Shown here: positions 14,021 to 27,756 of the stretch, one piece after another
Layout of the letters: every line of letters starts with the position of its first letter
Numbering within the stretch: the stretch's first letter is position 1
Assembly (NCBI GenBank): GCA_030141605.1
Contig: JAQGDQ010000493.1
Coordinates: 101,236 to 165,235, forward strand
Length of the DNA: 64,000 nt
From: Tubiluchus corallicola
Lineage: Eukaryota; Animalia; Priapulida
Reading direction: 5' to 3'
Translations under genes and position numbers: made by a program
The notes under the pieces: generated by a model
Databases searched by the model: none
What the model was told of the DNA's origin: nothing
The model's input: only the letters and a program-made list of their open reading frames with translations

Positions 14021-16441
14021 AGTGAACAAGCATGTCACTGAACGCAGAGAAAGGATTTTTTTTATAAAATTATAGGAAGGCTTTCTATTACCGCGCACAA
14101 AAAGTACTTGAAACAAAATCTTTTTTGTCTTGCGCCACACAACATAATGGTCAGTTAGGAACATAGCAAAGACAGCCTTGATTCATTCTTAGATTAACCT
14201 GAGGCTAAGATATGTATCGTTGAAACTTACAGGCCGGCTGTATTATTATACCCAGACTAGCTACTGCTAACAGTTTTATGGGCCTGTAATAAAACGACTT
14301 AACAAACACTATGCATGGTTGGTATTAGGTAAAAATCTTGTGTCCATTTAGAGCCACCGTTTCGTTTTGAATCACATTAGAAAAGAAATATACATCACGG
14401 TGGGTAAAGTCTGCAAGTTGCTACAAATGTTGTTAGGTCAAGATAAATAGGTGGTAGTTATAATAAATTTTTACTAGCTGCATGGTAAACGACATCAGAG
14501 TGAGAGTGGTAATCCATCATTCAGCTTCTATTTTCTATCAACAATTTCCTTAGAATTATTCTTTGTCACTTTTTATTCTTGGTCCATTTCTGTTCTCAAT
14601 TGTTGCCAGTTTTTTCAATTACACCATTATTGTTGCTTTTGCTCATTTGTTAGTTTTTTATTCTTTTATTTACTTCTGTTTGTTGGTTTGTCCGCTTACT
14701 TATTAGTTCAAACACTGTATAACATTGCCCCAAAATTGTTGTGGACCTGCAATAATTCTTATTTTTGTTAAATAATAGAACCTCCGGGATTATAATGTAG
14801 TATATTATATAATATATAATATAATATAGATTATTATAAGTATAATGATAAGTGTGCTGTGATTACGATTAATGATGTTTATAACAACAGCAGTTTATTA
14901 TTGTTTGCTTTATGCCAACAATATCAATTAACATTACCTGCATTGACGAACCAACGTATTTTTAAAACTAGAAATGAAACCGAAAAAAAATTAAAACCGA
15001 TCGAGAGAAGAGCTCATAAAATCTTGCGAATGCAACGAAGGAGATGGATAATATCATTGATGTAAAGTTTGCAAGCGTTATTATTGTCGATACCGCTTAT
15101 AAGAAGGGGGAAATTTTGAATAATGTCAGTATCACGTACAACTAATCATGAATTTGCGTAATGCAAGGCCTAATATTATTCTTGAAATAAATTTTAATGT
15201 TCACTTGAAGTTTTTTTTATTTAATCGATCTATCTAAACAAAAAATTCTTACATTGTTTTAATAGCTTCTCAAACAGCCATGATTTGGTTTTAGAGCAAT
15301 AGAGTGTTGTTTAGGAGGTCAAATTATTTATTTGCCCCCATAATTGTGTTTGCTATTAATGTGTAAATGAAAACATTTAGAAGGCTTATTCAACAAAATG
15401 AACTTCTAGCAAGAATAAGAAAAATTGGAAAATATTTTACGACGCGGTTGTTTAATTGCTTGTTCGTGTGTGAAAACTCGACGAAATAGCTGAAATTTTT
15501 CTTTTCTATTTGATAATTGAAGTATTAGCTGCTACTTGAAAATAGCAATCTAGTTTTGTGCGCCACTTTTCCGCATTTGCATATTGTGGAAGATCAGACC
15601 TAGTATGCTGACAGTCTTTACTACCCACCCCAAGCTCAACCACGCGCGCACACCGTGTTATTAGGATTGCCTGTCAACTGCTGATTCTTTGATCGAAATT
15701 GTAAAAAAATTTTATCGTGGCAAACACAGCCAAAGATCCATGTTAATTTCAAACTGACTATGACACCCTTCTAGAGCCGCCGCTGTACTGCAAGTCTATA
15801 CGAGGTGATGAGACTTGGACCAAGATCTGTAAACAATTCTTGCGCTTCCAGTTTAACTATTTTAGACCCAGAGGGTGAGAACAAACGTCTTGTTTGGCTG
15901 AAAAGAACTCGCCGAGCAGAACTGACTTTAGCAAAAACCATGTATGTTCTGCATAGCGTGCTGGGGCGTGTCCAAGACATCCACAATTGACTATCACAAC
16001 CTGGGACCTCATCGCGACAGAAACGCCGAATGTTATAAGCAATTCTGCTGCACAAGATCATTTTGGAAGTGCCAATGTCCTTCACTGGGATGCTAAAAGG
16101 CAGGCTTACAATAGGTTAGGGAATCCTGGCCACACCCATCTAGCGCCCTTATATTTCCAATGACATAGGCGTGATTATACATCTGTTGTACACATTAAAA
16201 TCATTGAATGTTTTAACTAGTTAGTGAGTTTTTTCTGAATAAGTTTTCATAGGAGTTGATAAAATTATGATGACTGTGTTCTTTAAATCCACATCAACCA
16301 AAAGTTATGTAGAAGTGCTCTGAAACTATAATATATTGTGATATTATAATATAATGTCGTATATTAAGACAGACTTTCACAAAAACGATGTCAAATTTTC
16401 TAAATTGTTAAGGGGTGTTATTAGGAAAACAAGCCTATACC

Positions 16442-16821
16442 CAGGACAGGATTATCTATATGTTAGTATGTGCTGCAGCTTAGCTTATGTCCCCTCAAGC
16501 TTGGAGGGTAGATCTTTGGTGATAGTTGTAATTAATCTCTTTTCTCACTGCGGTTCTATTGAAAATACGTGCTAACTTGGTTTGCAATAAATTGTAAAAT
16601 AGTGGTATTTCTTAAAGAATATTTTTGTTGAAAAGATAGCTATTCTAGTTTATTTAAAGAATTTCAGATAAGTTTACTTCAAGCTATGTAAATGTCACAA
16701 AAATATATCATGAGTAAAACATATTCAAAGCGGGTGTGGCGACGTAGAAGGTGCCTCCATCTGAAGGGGCACCCATAATTCCATTAGCCTAGTGGCCCCA
16801 AAGGGTCATAATCCAGCCCTG
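16442..16821. mobile_element. hAT-type MITE, subfamily B
   Basis: Termini caggacaggatta...taatccagccctg; TSD cctatacc/cctatccc (7 of 8); interior colinear with 6116-6500. Confidence 0.88.
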
Positions 16822-19794
16822 CCTATCCCAAGAACTGAATACATTCTGAAATATTTTTGAACTGTGAGATTGATAATGGCTGGCTGAATAAACGATATTC
16901 TACTTCACACAACTTTACGCCTGTTTTGTAAGCTACTATTGTAATTACAACTTGTAAGAAAACATCAAAACAAATTGAACTACTTTAATAAACGGCAATT
17001 TTTTAATAAATAGAACAATATGTACAACAAAAAACTAGTATATACAAACACAAAATTTATCTAAATACTTCACGCAGAACTAACAATTATTATACCTCTA
17101 GAAGGCTCCTGGAATGCAAATATCTTCAACATTATTTAATACCTCCTTTAATCAAAAACTAGTAACAGTTTTACTTTAGGTAAGGGCCATAATAAATGCA
17201 CTAAAATTTAATCTAGACAACTAGATTTAAATGGTATCATAACCGCAGCAACTTCAGCTTTTTACTAGCACCCCAAGGTTTTCCCCACTTGCATGTTAAC
17301 TAGAAGCAGTTTCTCTATTAGAAGTTGACAGAAAACCACTTCAAGTTCAAGTCTATGCAATTAATCTTCAATTCAACAGGTATAGTCAGCAAATGTAAAT
17401 GATGTAAAACCCATTAGACTCCAATGATAAAGATACAAATACAATTGAAAACGAACGAAGATTTATACGATTCTGATGAGCGGCAATAAAGGTTCACCCT
17501 GGTATAAACCCGTCTTGTTAATACACTGTAATAACAATGACATTGGAAATAATTGTATGCATAGAGTACAATTATACTTCTGCATAAATCTTAGAAAACG
17601 AAAGTGAATTTAGTAAATGTGTAAGGTATGTCATTATTCTAGGCTTGAAGTGTGCTGCGTTGCTTATGTGAAATAAAATAACTTGAGAACGAACTAATAC
17701 TTTACAATTGTGACAATACTAGTACCCAATATCAAATGCAAAAGCACACGTTTTGTATCCACGCAGACTTTTTTAAATGTTTAAAATAAGAGAAGTAAAT
17801 ATTTGCTAACCATGACGGAGTTAAAAAGCATGAAGTGTGGTGGAATTTTCAACTAAAAAAACAAAAATTACACCATCAATTTAATTAGTAAAAGTTATAG
17901 CTATAAAAAGTATATGAATACATCTGTCTATAAAATGTAATGTTAGTTACACAAAATGTCGTAAGTTCAAACCCCGAGTCGGTTTAAAAACTGTTAAAAA
18001 CTACAGGCAAAATTGACATGGGAAAGAACTAAGAGCTGCCCTGAGAGTTTTTGTGTTTATTAGTCTACAAGTACAAAACAAATGAGAATTCTCACGGCTA
18101 CGCCAATTCAACGAAGTTGCAGGAAAGAAGGCACGCTAACACCTATACACAATCTACAAGATACACTGCACAAATTCAATAAATAAATCTAGACTTTTTG
18201 TCCAATATATACACAGACGCTAATGTCTCAATATAGTATATAGTGTCACTTTCCCATTTCATGGAATGTCTTTCAAGAACGGGCCCCAAGAGCCAGTTTG
18301 AGGTAACCCAAATTACAGATAGATTTAATAACGAGTACTCTGCTTGCATTTTCCAAGGTATGTTACAAAGCCTTTAGCACCCAGCATTCATGTGCTAACG
18401 GCACATTCTAGCATTACACAGAATGTCTGACACATGTTTGCTATGGCAAGCAACAAAAAACGCGAAAGGAAACTGTATAAATTATAAGTCTAAAAGGCAG
18501 CCTTTGTGTGCACTGTGTAATTCACCCTCTGTTTCAGTAATACACCGCTTTTGGCTGAATAAAAGCAATTTTCTTGCACCTTAATATAGGCGTCTTGAAT
18601 GTAACGCTTATCTAGGGGTGTAGAAAACAGGTTTTCTAACTTTACTGAAATAAGACTTGACATATATTTCTTTACAGTGGAGTAATCCATACTTAAGTGA
18701 CGTTCTGCTTGAAGGGATGTATTCGATTCTCGGCCCCAAGGCAGCTAAATGAAATCTTCACCGCTGTTTGTCGAAAAATGACCCGGACTATTGAAATAAT
18801 AAAGACTCCCGCAAAATTGGCAAAGTTTTCACATCCATGTGTGACCCCATCCCGTTGCCCCTGGGAGCCTGTCTTCTCTTCACTAATTCAGAACTTTACC
18901 AAATTTAACTTTTGTTGCTTATTCAGTATTATTGTAGAGAAGTTACTAATTAAGCACTCGTAATGAACACAATATCACAAAATACCCATATGACGCCACA
19001 CACCAATTTACGAACACCTACAACACCCACAGAATTACAAGTATATACCTATCACAACAATGTTAGAAAATCTACAAGCAGCAAAGAAAGCAATGAGAAA
19101 TACTCCAAAGTTAATGCAGGTTCTTTCAAAAACAATCTTGTTCCCAAACATCACATGGCTATAATGACACCACGTAACCATCACAAGATCACAATGTCAT
19201 TATTGTCATCACATCATGACACCCATGGAAGATGGTTGAGGATGAGAGAAGTATATGACTGAATTTTCATCACAGCATTAAATTTAAACTCATCATTTTC
19301 ACAAGACATCTGGATTTTCTACTTATTAAAGACTAAAAAAAATTGGAACAATGATACTCTAACAGCGAATTTATATCATCGGTGGAGTTTTATGAGACTG
19401 GTGTTTATGCAGACGTTTCAGTTAGCACCAAGTTACACATATATAATTAATGTTGCACCAATCACACACAAATCTAGTCAAATTCGATAACCAATTGGTT
19501 ATTTCCAATTGACTACCCATTACAGACATTCTGCATGATCAGTAACCAATCTGGATTGGAGACTCATTTAATCGGCTATTTAGCATTACACCATTCACTA
19601 AATAATAATAACACCATGATGAACAAGCAATGACTGTTCTTCAGCAAGATCTGAACCAACATTTTATCTAACCAATTAACCAGACTGGTAACTGAATATT
19701 CAATATTCAACGCAACAATTGTGTGCAATAGTGACCAGGAACAGGCCAGACCTAAGAAACTTAATCACAATTTAAACTGCTGTAAATTGACAAA

Positions 19795-19860
19795 AGTGGC
19801 ACGACTGGGGTTTGAACCTGGTTAAAAATCTACATTCCATGGCTTCTGTTAGCTAATACA
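19795..19860 (-). mobile_element. tRNA-derived SINE remnant
   Basis: B-box-like ggttcaaacccc on the minus strand; similar B-box remnants at about 17964 (+) and 30421 (+). No full cloverleaf seen. Confidence 0.35.
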
Positions 19861-20341
19861 CTTACATTTGTGGGCGCTTCTACTCAAAATGGCATGAATG
19901 AACTATATCAACCTTGAATGATGTAAAATGTACAACTACTACTAGCATCAGAGCACTAGATCACGTTCATTTGTGATCCTCATACGCCCAGGAAATGGCG
20001 TACCGATTCCTGACTGTAACTTTGCAATTTGTGTAATTTGGTCACCTGACATATGTTTAACACGAATTCTGGAGGGAGGTCACAATTGCTGAGATGACCC
20101 GATAGATGATGTGCACTATATACTGACAGTATTATACAAGTACTAAAAGAAAAAACTTCTATTGCACTCTGTCTGAACAGCAGCGATTATCCAAGCCAAT
20201 CCTACCACATCCAACTGGCAAACCATCCCATAAACATCATCACAACACTGCTTCATGCCGGCATGGGTACCGGTCTACGCGACGACACGCACGTCCGAAT
20301 TACGTCACCACGACGTCACCATGTTTACGCTATTTACACTG

Positions 20342-20764
20342 TCATCTAGACGACGTTTGATGTGGTGACGACCAATCGCGTGATCGTTTCACTGACACCG
20401 CGTCCAATTCGAGTGTGCCATTTTTCATAAAAAAACGCTCATATAGGAATGAGGAATCGAAGTTCTGTCTGAGCCAACCACTATGATGTCGTCGTTTTTT
20501 CGCCCGTATTCGTCTGTTCCTGCCCATCGGGCTATAGTCCTTCTGAGAAGAAAACTCTAAGCTATGTCCGCCCAGGAACTTTTTCAAAAAGCGGAACGAT
20601 TTCTTGATATGCCTTCGTTTAGTTCGTTGCCACGCGGTGCCTTTCAAGGGACGGCCTTTTCGGCTAAATCCTACGTACCAGTTGTGATTGTGGTTAGACT
20701 GAAATTTCACAAAATCGTCATCTGGCTGTTCGTTGAACGCACACCTCTCACTGAGGCCACTAAT
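20342..20764 (-). CDS. FGF8/17/18: FGF8/17/18-family fibroblast growth factor, last coding exon
   Basis: Acceptor ttttacag at 20765, phase 0. Translates ISGLSERCAFNE...WYVGFSRKGRPLKG...FRFLKK, matching the FGF8 core (DCVFTE...WYMAFTRKGRPRKG...HFMKR), then a basic C-terminal tail and TGA stop. Confidence 0.93.
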   Translation of the reverse strand: MSGLSERCAFNEQPDDDFVKFQSNHNHNWYVGFSRKGRPLKGTAWQRTKRRHIKKSFRFLKKFLGGHSLEFSSQKDYSPMGRNRRIRAKKRRHHSGWLRQNFDSSFLYERFFMKNGTLELDAVSVKRSRDWSSPHQTSSR

Positions 20765-21940
20765 CTGTAAAATAAAATAATAATTGCATAACAAACCTGA
20801 AGAATACTATACAACAGTCAGTAGGCCTACCATTGAGTCTCTTTGCAAATCTCATTTCTGGAAACCATGCAAAACAATCACTGGACAAGTGCTCTCCTAA
20901 AGGGCTCAACAAGCCATATTATCAGCGTAAAAATGAAAAAAAAATTATCAAGTGTTTTTAAAAGTTCAACAAATTTTACTCTTGGCTGTAATTCTCAGGT
21001 CGGTTTGTACTACCATGTATAAATGATAAAAGTCATTGGAGTAATAATAAGTTTTGAACTTTTCTTAACGTATATAAATTGATCGATTTTGCAGATTAGA
21101 AAAAGACCTAGAAGTAACAGACAACAAGAATTCATTCTCGCTATTCATTTTTTGTAAGTATTTGACGCTTTTGACTGCTACAACATCACTCACAGATTGC
21201 TTATGGGGATAATAGAGCGAGGACTAGTGGAGCGTGTATGAAGCTCAGCACTCACTTAAAGAAACAACATACCACTAGTAACTAGCTAGGTGCATATGCT
21301 CAGATTTGTGAGTTTTCGCTCAGTTTTTTCTTCATAACTCATGTCACGGAGACATTGACTAGTGATATGGAGTTCTGGAAGTCCATTCTCCCACCAGACC
21401 ACCATATTAGGGGTACATAAACCAAATCTAGCTAACATGGGCCTATATATACGTCCCAGCAGGCGAGATAAACAATTTCAGTACCCTCTTTTCCTTTATA
21501 AAGAGGAAATGTCCAAAAATTCGCTGTTACTACGTCAGGAATTCACTTTAAGAAAACGCTATCTTCTGTAGCGTAGCTTTACAGAAACAAACAGAACTAA
21601 AGGCTACTTTTAGTAACACGGTGATGCATTAAGCATTTTGCTTTCAGGCGCCAAAATCGACCGACTATGCGATATTTTTAAAAAGGCGTCTAAAAATTTC
21701 CGGTTCCCTAAGCAGAACTCGAGTCTTGACTCTTGAAACCAGACTGTCGCCAGATACAGCGCCAGTTGATCGGTTTGGCATTTCAATGATTTGTTGACAA
21801 AAGTGCATTTATATGTAAATATCGCTATCAAAGACTAAAGGACAAGCCGCTTGGCATGTTGGGTTTATTTTTACTGATATTGCTTAAACTTCGAAATATA
21901 TAACAAAGAAATTTGTAAAAAAAAATTGTCTACAAAGCAT

Positions 21941-22240
21941 AAAGTTAAAGTTGTACTACTGCCGTATAGGAATTTTCAGGCTCGGTGGTGGCCGTCTTAT
22001 TCTTGAAAATTATGACGTAACTGGTGGACTTAGTAACTTTTCGTAAGCGCATCAAGGCTTTCAATAAGCGCGCGCTACCTAAACTAATTCAAACTTCTGC
22101 CGCTTAACTAATGATCATGCAAAAACATCACAAAATTAACAATCTATTTTTTTGTAAAGATTGACAGTGCGCAGTTTCTTTTCAGCTGATAGACGACGTC
22201 ATTAGTGGAAAAATGGTCGTTCAAAATAGAAGTTCCCAAA
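21941..22240 (+). repeat. Dispersed repeat, copy 1 (probable DNA-transposon remnant)
   Basis: Shares gaaaattatgacgtaactggtggact...acttttcgtaagcgcatc...aactaattcaaacttctgc...atctatttttttgtaaa with 25580-25870. Confidence 0.8.
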
Positions 22241-25200
22241 CGCTAAATGACTGCAACTTTAAAGTGATTTTACTAATTACACGACGCGCTTATCACACTA
22301 AGAAGCTTCCTAGAAGACTTGGCCTTTCCTTTAAGTGTTGTGAAACTAAATCACAAATGGACAGTTTCAAATTCTCGTGGTTTCACGAGGGTTATATTCT
22401 TCCACACTTTTTTGTACCTCCTAACAACTTTTAGTTTTCCAGCTGGATGAATACGTTGGAGCTTTCCAACATGGTAGATTCCAGATTCTCACGAAATTTG
22501 TAAAATGTCTGTCTGCTTGTCAAGCAATTTCTGTTTTAGTCTCTTGTTCCTAAAAGTCTTAGTGATATGCTTATTCGAGAACAAATTTAAAAAATGGCTA
22601 AGGTTTGTTGAATAACGCCCACTCAAATATATCATTAGTCAGCAGCTCTATGATAGTACCTATATGTAGAGTCTCTCTGGCTATACCTGTTGATGACCTG
22701 TATCTGACAAATTCAGCTCCAGGCAAAGCCTGAGTATCGTATTCTTCTGCGCTGTCAAAAATTTTTAGGTCTTCATAGCCGACAGGCATCGAATATTTTT
22801 GCAGTCTCTGGGCAGCTTAAGTATTATATACAGTAGAAGAGCAGCTACCAGTTACTGTTCGTCCATTTAATCTTGAGCTTTCTGACACCCGTGTCAAAGA
22901 CTAAACCCCTGCAAAGCTCGTGTGGAATTTCGCCTGTACCTTTATGGGCCTTTTTTAGTTTTGTTAAATTCCGAGCCGCGCATAATGGCCAGACAATTTT
23001 CTGGAGGGAAAGCAAAGCACCTGTTAAAGCGGCACACAGGTGGAGCATTTTTGTGGCTATAAACAAAGGTGGACCTATGTTTAAGAGATTTAAAGATTTA
23101 TAGTTTGGCGTATCAGAAGTGTGATGGAATTTGTTTTTTGGTCCAAAAACCGCACAAATTTGGAGTATGCGCTAGTGGAAAAATATTGCTTGCGTAAATT
23201 TTTAATAAAGTAAAAAATTTACTTTGATGAAATTATTCAAAATCCAGGACACTATTATTGTGAAGTTTATCATTGCTCAAATCTATGCTAAATAGACACA
23301 ATCAGACACAGGCGTAGGTAAACTTCGCTTCGCTCAAACCTATTAACCAAGCAAGTTGACAGAGCTCAGTGGATGGAGAAATATCCAGCTACTGGTTTTG
23401 CTGACTGCTACTTTTATAACGTCAAAACACTGATAACGTTTGTCATAAAATTATTTATTTAAACAGAAGCTTGATGAAGGGTGTTCGGTAATTAAATTCA
23501 GCTGGAAACCTGACCTGGAAACGAACAAACGTCCGTAAAAGGAGAGAAAACGTTCATTCATTGTGTGTAGGAGTCAATGTCGTAGTGCTGCTAGCCTGCA
23601 AATTACACGGCGTTTTTGTTTGAATCTCTCCAGCTCAGATTTGTAAATTATCATGATCAAATTAAGCGTTAAAATCAACTCGACGTATGCTTGTATACTT
23701 AAAAGCAGAAAAACAGGCCATAAAAATGTAAGTTGAGGCTGGATGCGCCAGTTTTCTAAAAGGTTCAATCTAAAAATCTCAGATGCGTACTTGTTAAGTG
23801 ATCAGGTGTGGCACATGCCTCTAAGCTGTTACCTAGAAAAGGTGAACTATAATGCTGGTATAGGTTAAGGTTTTAAACTTTTGGCACAGCGCATGTCTAT
23901 GCCCACACTGAAGCGATGGTAAATAGTAAATAAAATTTAAAGAATTTAAAATATGTGCCCCTTCCGTCTACTTGGATATTGTGTGCTAACTGGCTGCATG
24001 GTTTATTTTTCTCTGGTCTTTGCATTTATCCTGCAGGATGTGTACTTGTAGTACGGCAGCTATTGCCTTAATGTTGTCCACAAAAATTTAATACAGACGA
24101 AGTACAATCGAATACAATGTATAGAGTCTACGGATCTACTTGCACCAGCGGTGATGATAAATAGTCTGCACATCGAGCAGTCAATCAGATTTATCAAAAT
24201 GTACTTTGCTCGTGTTTTTTTTCTTTTTTCAAAGACTTCATTCTCAGATGTGACATACGCCATGAATATCAGAAGTACAAGGACGCTATTTTCTTGCAAC
24301 GTTTGCTAGGCACATGTTACTGCCATTGGTCAATCCCTAGCAACCGTTGTACAGAAATAAAACTTCCGAGATTCGGTAAAAAATACGAGAAAATAATGCG
24401 ATTTAATGTTAAATACATTAGCCACGGCTGTTTAACAATACAATGGCAACAGCGCGCGCGCCTGACAAAAAGGTTTTATATTTGTGCCGTATGTACATTT
24501 GAGAAATTTTTTTTTGAGATAAGAGGAAGCACAGACCGTCTAATATTTTACATCCGTATGCCTAGTCATGAAGTCACAGCTGATCTAACTGAATCAACTC
24601 ATGCCTGTTTCACCGAAAAAGGTGTAGCAAAGCAGTATTGTATATCGACATCCTCAACTAGTTTATCATGATGATCAATTTGATATCATAAGCCTACAAG
24701 TTATCATAGTACATGAAAACCTTCCATTTCTTGAACATTTGAGCAATGTGCATAAACAAAACTGTGCCATTGTCGGGGTACCTTTTTCATGTGGGCTTAC
24801 TATGAAAAGAAAGGTATCACAACCAAAAATCGTGTATATGGCAGGTAAGCAATGGCTATTGTTCTTCGCTACAACCAGCAGCTATTAACTCTGAATTTCC
24901 AGGTCAGTAGTGTATGGATATGTTAACTAGAAAATGAAATTTGTGATGAATGTGAACAAGCAAGGAACAAAGTCGTAACAAGTCAGCCTTCAAACTGATT
25001 GAGAAAGTGCCTCAAGTACTTGCTAATCTGTTCCCAGATTCAACAGCCGATACGGAGATGCTATGTTGCGCAATCCAGGCCAAAAAGGGCAAGCACAATG
25101 GCAAAGAATTATGGGTAATTGGATTCACCTATTTGTTCGGCAATTTGCACAGTGTTAGTACAATTTGAACTGAGACAAACTCGAAACATGGGCAAAGTTA

Positions 25201-25579
25201 GAAACCAATAATCGCCTTTATATGAAGCTAATCACTTTCTAAAGGAGAGTTGCGTGCAAACATCGCACGCATGTGAACGCAATTATGAATAGCAGTGGTT
25301 CATCGTGAACTCCTCTCTGTGTGAAAAGGCTAACCTCAAGATTAACAAGCGCAAAGTTTGTCAGTTACTATAGCTACTATGCCGCCGTGCTGTATCTAAT
25401 TGTGTTTTAATTATCGGACAGAAAATACTTCTGAGAGAAAAAAATTACTGCTGAAAATATAAAGCAATAGATTTGAAAGAAGAGACAATTCACTTAGTAT
25501 AATGTGTCTGTTTTACTGCTATCACTTAAACTTAGAAGAATATAACAGAGAAATTTACAAAAAATTGTTTATGAAATAT

Positions 25580-25870
25580 AAAGTTAACTTACACTACCGG
25601 TTTATAGAAATTTTTAGATGCGGTAGTAGCCGCTATTGACTCGAAAATTATGACGTAACTGGTGGACTTTGTGACTTTTCGTAAGCGCATCGTGCACGCG
25701 CTGTTTGAACTAATTCAAACTTCTGCAATGTTTATGTAAAAATCTCACAAAATTAGCTATCTATTTTTTTGTAAAAAGTTTATTATGCCTTAGACGGAAG
25801 TTAATGCACTGCTTTTCTCCAGCCGGCGAATAACGTTGTTGGTGGAAGAATGGCCATTCAAATTGAAACT
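25580..25870 (+). repeat. Dispersed repeat, copy 2
   Basis: Colinear with 21941-22240, same orientation. Confidence 0.8.
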
Positions 25871-26545
25871 TTTGGAAAAGGTAAAGGCAAAAACGGCACT
25901 TGCAGCGGGGAACGCCAAGTATGAGTCCACGCAGTGTTTCAGTGTGTTTGTGACGTCACAGGCGGTCTACGAATTGTACCATACCCGGCTCTGATCGTAA
26001 CTAAGGCTGTCTTTAGAAAAAGAAACTCTTTTATACATACGCTGTGAAATGTTTTTTGTAATTTTCCGTTTGTATATTTATTGGTTACGTGACTCAGTTA
26101 ATACGCTATACCACCTGTTATTTTCACTAAAACAACGCCTGTGCCAACAACATGGATAGGTGATTTTCAGCAGAATATACTTTATAATAACATACTTGCA
26201 CAATTTTATGGCCTAACTGAAAGTGAGGAATGTGATAATCTAGTTAAGCAATGCTAAAGATGCATAGTGCCTGGATGAATTACATCAAAGTTCAGAAAAT
26301 CGATAAGCTGAACAAACTGAGCAGCCAGGGTGTGGGCTTAACAACCAAAGTTAAGCAACATGAGATTTCTTCATAAATAAATAGAAGGATGACCACGTAG
26401 TGCATCTGCCAAACAATCTCATTGGGTAGCTAAGACGCTACCTTTAACATGGCAGTTAGTGTCTCGAGTTAGAAGAAGTTCAGTTCGCGTCACAACCATC
26501 TGCTTGATTTACAATCTCAAACATGATTAAGTTATTTGTACCTAC

Positions 26546-26652
26546 CCTTGTAATGAGTTTTCCTCTCCTATTGAAGCAGAGATATCGTCCTGTGACATTA
26601 CTATAAATACGTATGCTGCCTCCGAAATTATGCGACTGCAAGACAATATTTT
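26546..26652 (-). CDS. FGF8/17/18: FGF8/17/18-family, middle core exon (107 nt; not in the ORF track)
   Basis: Bounded by ttttccag| and |gtaggt. Reads (E)NIVLQSHNFGGSIRIYSNVTGRYLCFNRRGKLITR, aligning with FGF8 [36 protein letters not shown]. Phases 1 and 0 join both neighbouring exons in frame. Confidence 0.95.
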
Positions 26653-26899
26653 CTGGAAAATAAAGATAATACTTTCATTACTACATCTTTCATTGGCAAT
26701 TCTTAAATCATTAGAGGGCTAGTAGTTCAGTTTACTTCTAGTTAGCAAATCGGAAAGTCCATTCTGATATCAGCTGTTCAGTTATTTATTCTTTAAATGG
26801 GTGCAATTCTAGACAACCATTTAAATTTTAAAGTTAATGTTCATTCATTCTAAGTGTAAAAAGACAGCAAGCAACTTACATCGAATTAAAGCTTGCACT

Positions 26900-27540
26900 A
26901 ATTTACATTAAGAAAGTATTTAACTAATGATCCTATGCAATGTATCATGTCTTCGCTTGTTTATCAAATGCTTGATTATGCAAATTCATTATTGGTTGGA
27001 CTCCTAGAGTGCACCTTGAAGCGAGTGCAAAGGGTGCAAAACTCAAAGTTGCAACTGGTGTTTCAAAATATGATAGTGAAACAAATGCTTTGCATAGTCT
27101 TCATTGGCCTATTTGCCTACCAATCAGATGCCCCTATTAATGTACTTTTAAAATATTATTTATAACCCACAAAACATTGCATCGACTTGCTCCAGTTTAT
27201 TTGGCTAATCATCTACAATTTCAGGAACACACGACCTAGCAAATCAAATCAATTAAAACTTATTTTGCCTATTAATAAAAAGAACCTCTTTGCTGATTTA
27301 GGATTTTCAAGTATTGTGACAAAGTGTTAGAATAAGCTATAAGCTACCAATTAAAGCTTGCACTTTAAATTCTTTTAAGAGGAAAATGAAAACTCACCTT
27401 TTTAAGCAATATTTGAAAGTATAAGTGGATAATATTTTGTCAACTTTTATGATTTATGGAGAGGTCTAATTTTAAATATTTTTAAATGCACAGCACCTTT
27501 GAAAAAATTTTAAAGTGCGCTTTATAAATAAATATATTAT
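26900..27540 (+). mobile_element. L2-clade LINE 3' fragment in an FGF intron
   Basis: LDYANSLLVGL...LKRVQRVQN, then LHSLHW-like and FKRKMKTHLF-like remnants, aataaa and a tta-rich tail. Confidence 0.75.
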
Positions 27541-27599
27541 TATAACATTACTATTAAAATAATTATTAAGGTTAAGATGTATTCTGAATAAGATATATT

Positions 27600-27756
27600 G
27601 TATTCTGAATTCGTAGTAATTTAAAAAAATTGTGGCAGTGACCTCACAATGACCTTTGGATAGATAAGACAGAAGTCCGTATACTGTACTCTGAATTCGT
27701 AGTAATTTAAAATAAATAGTGACAGTGACCTCACAATGACCTTTGGACAGAATAAG
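27600..27756 (+). repeat. Tandem duplication, about 86-bp period
   Basis: tctgaattcgtagtaatttaaaa...cagtgacctcacaatgacctttgga occurs twice. Confidence 0.85.

Noticed and set aside
15771-16085. 104-aa ORF with overlapping ORFs on both strands
   Set aside because: No recognisable domain or splice context; adjoins a MITE-like end (tctagagccgccgctg).
22440-23110. Coding-like intronic ORF fragments (22598-22789, 22845-23066)
   Set aside because: Probably a decayed transposon, but no motif I can name with confidence.
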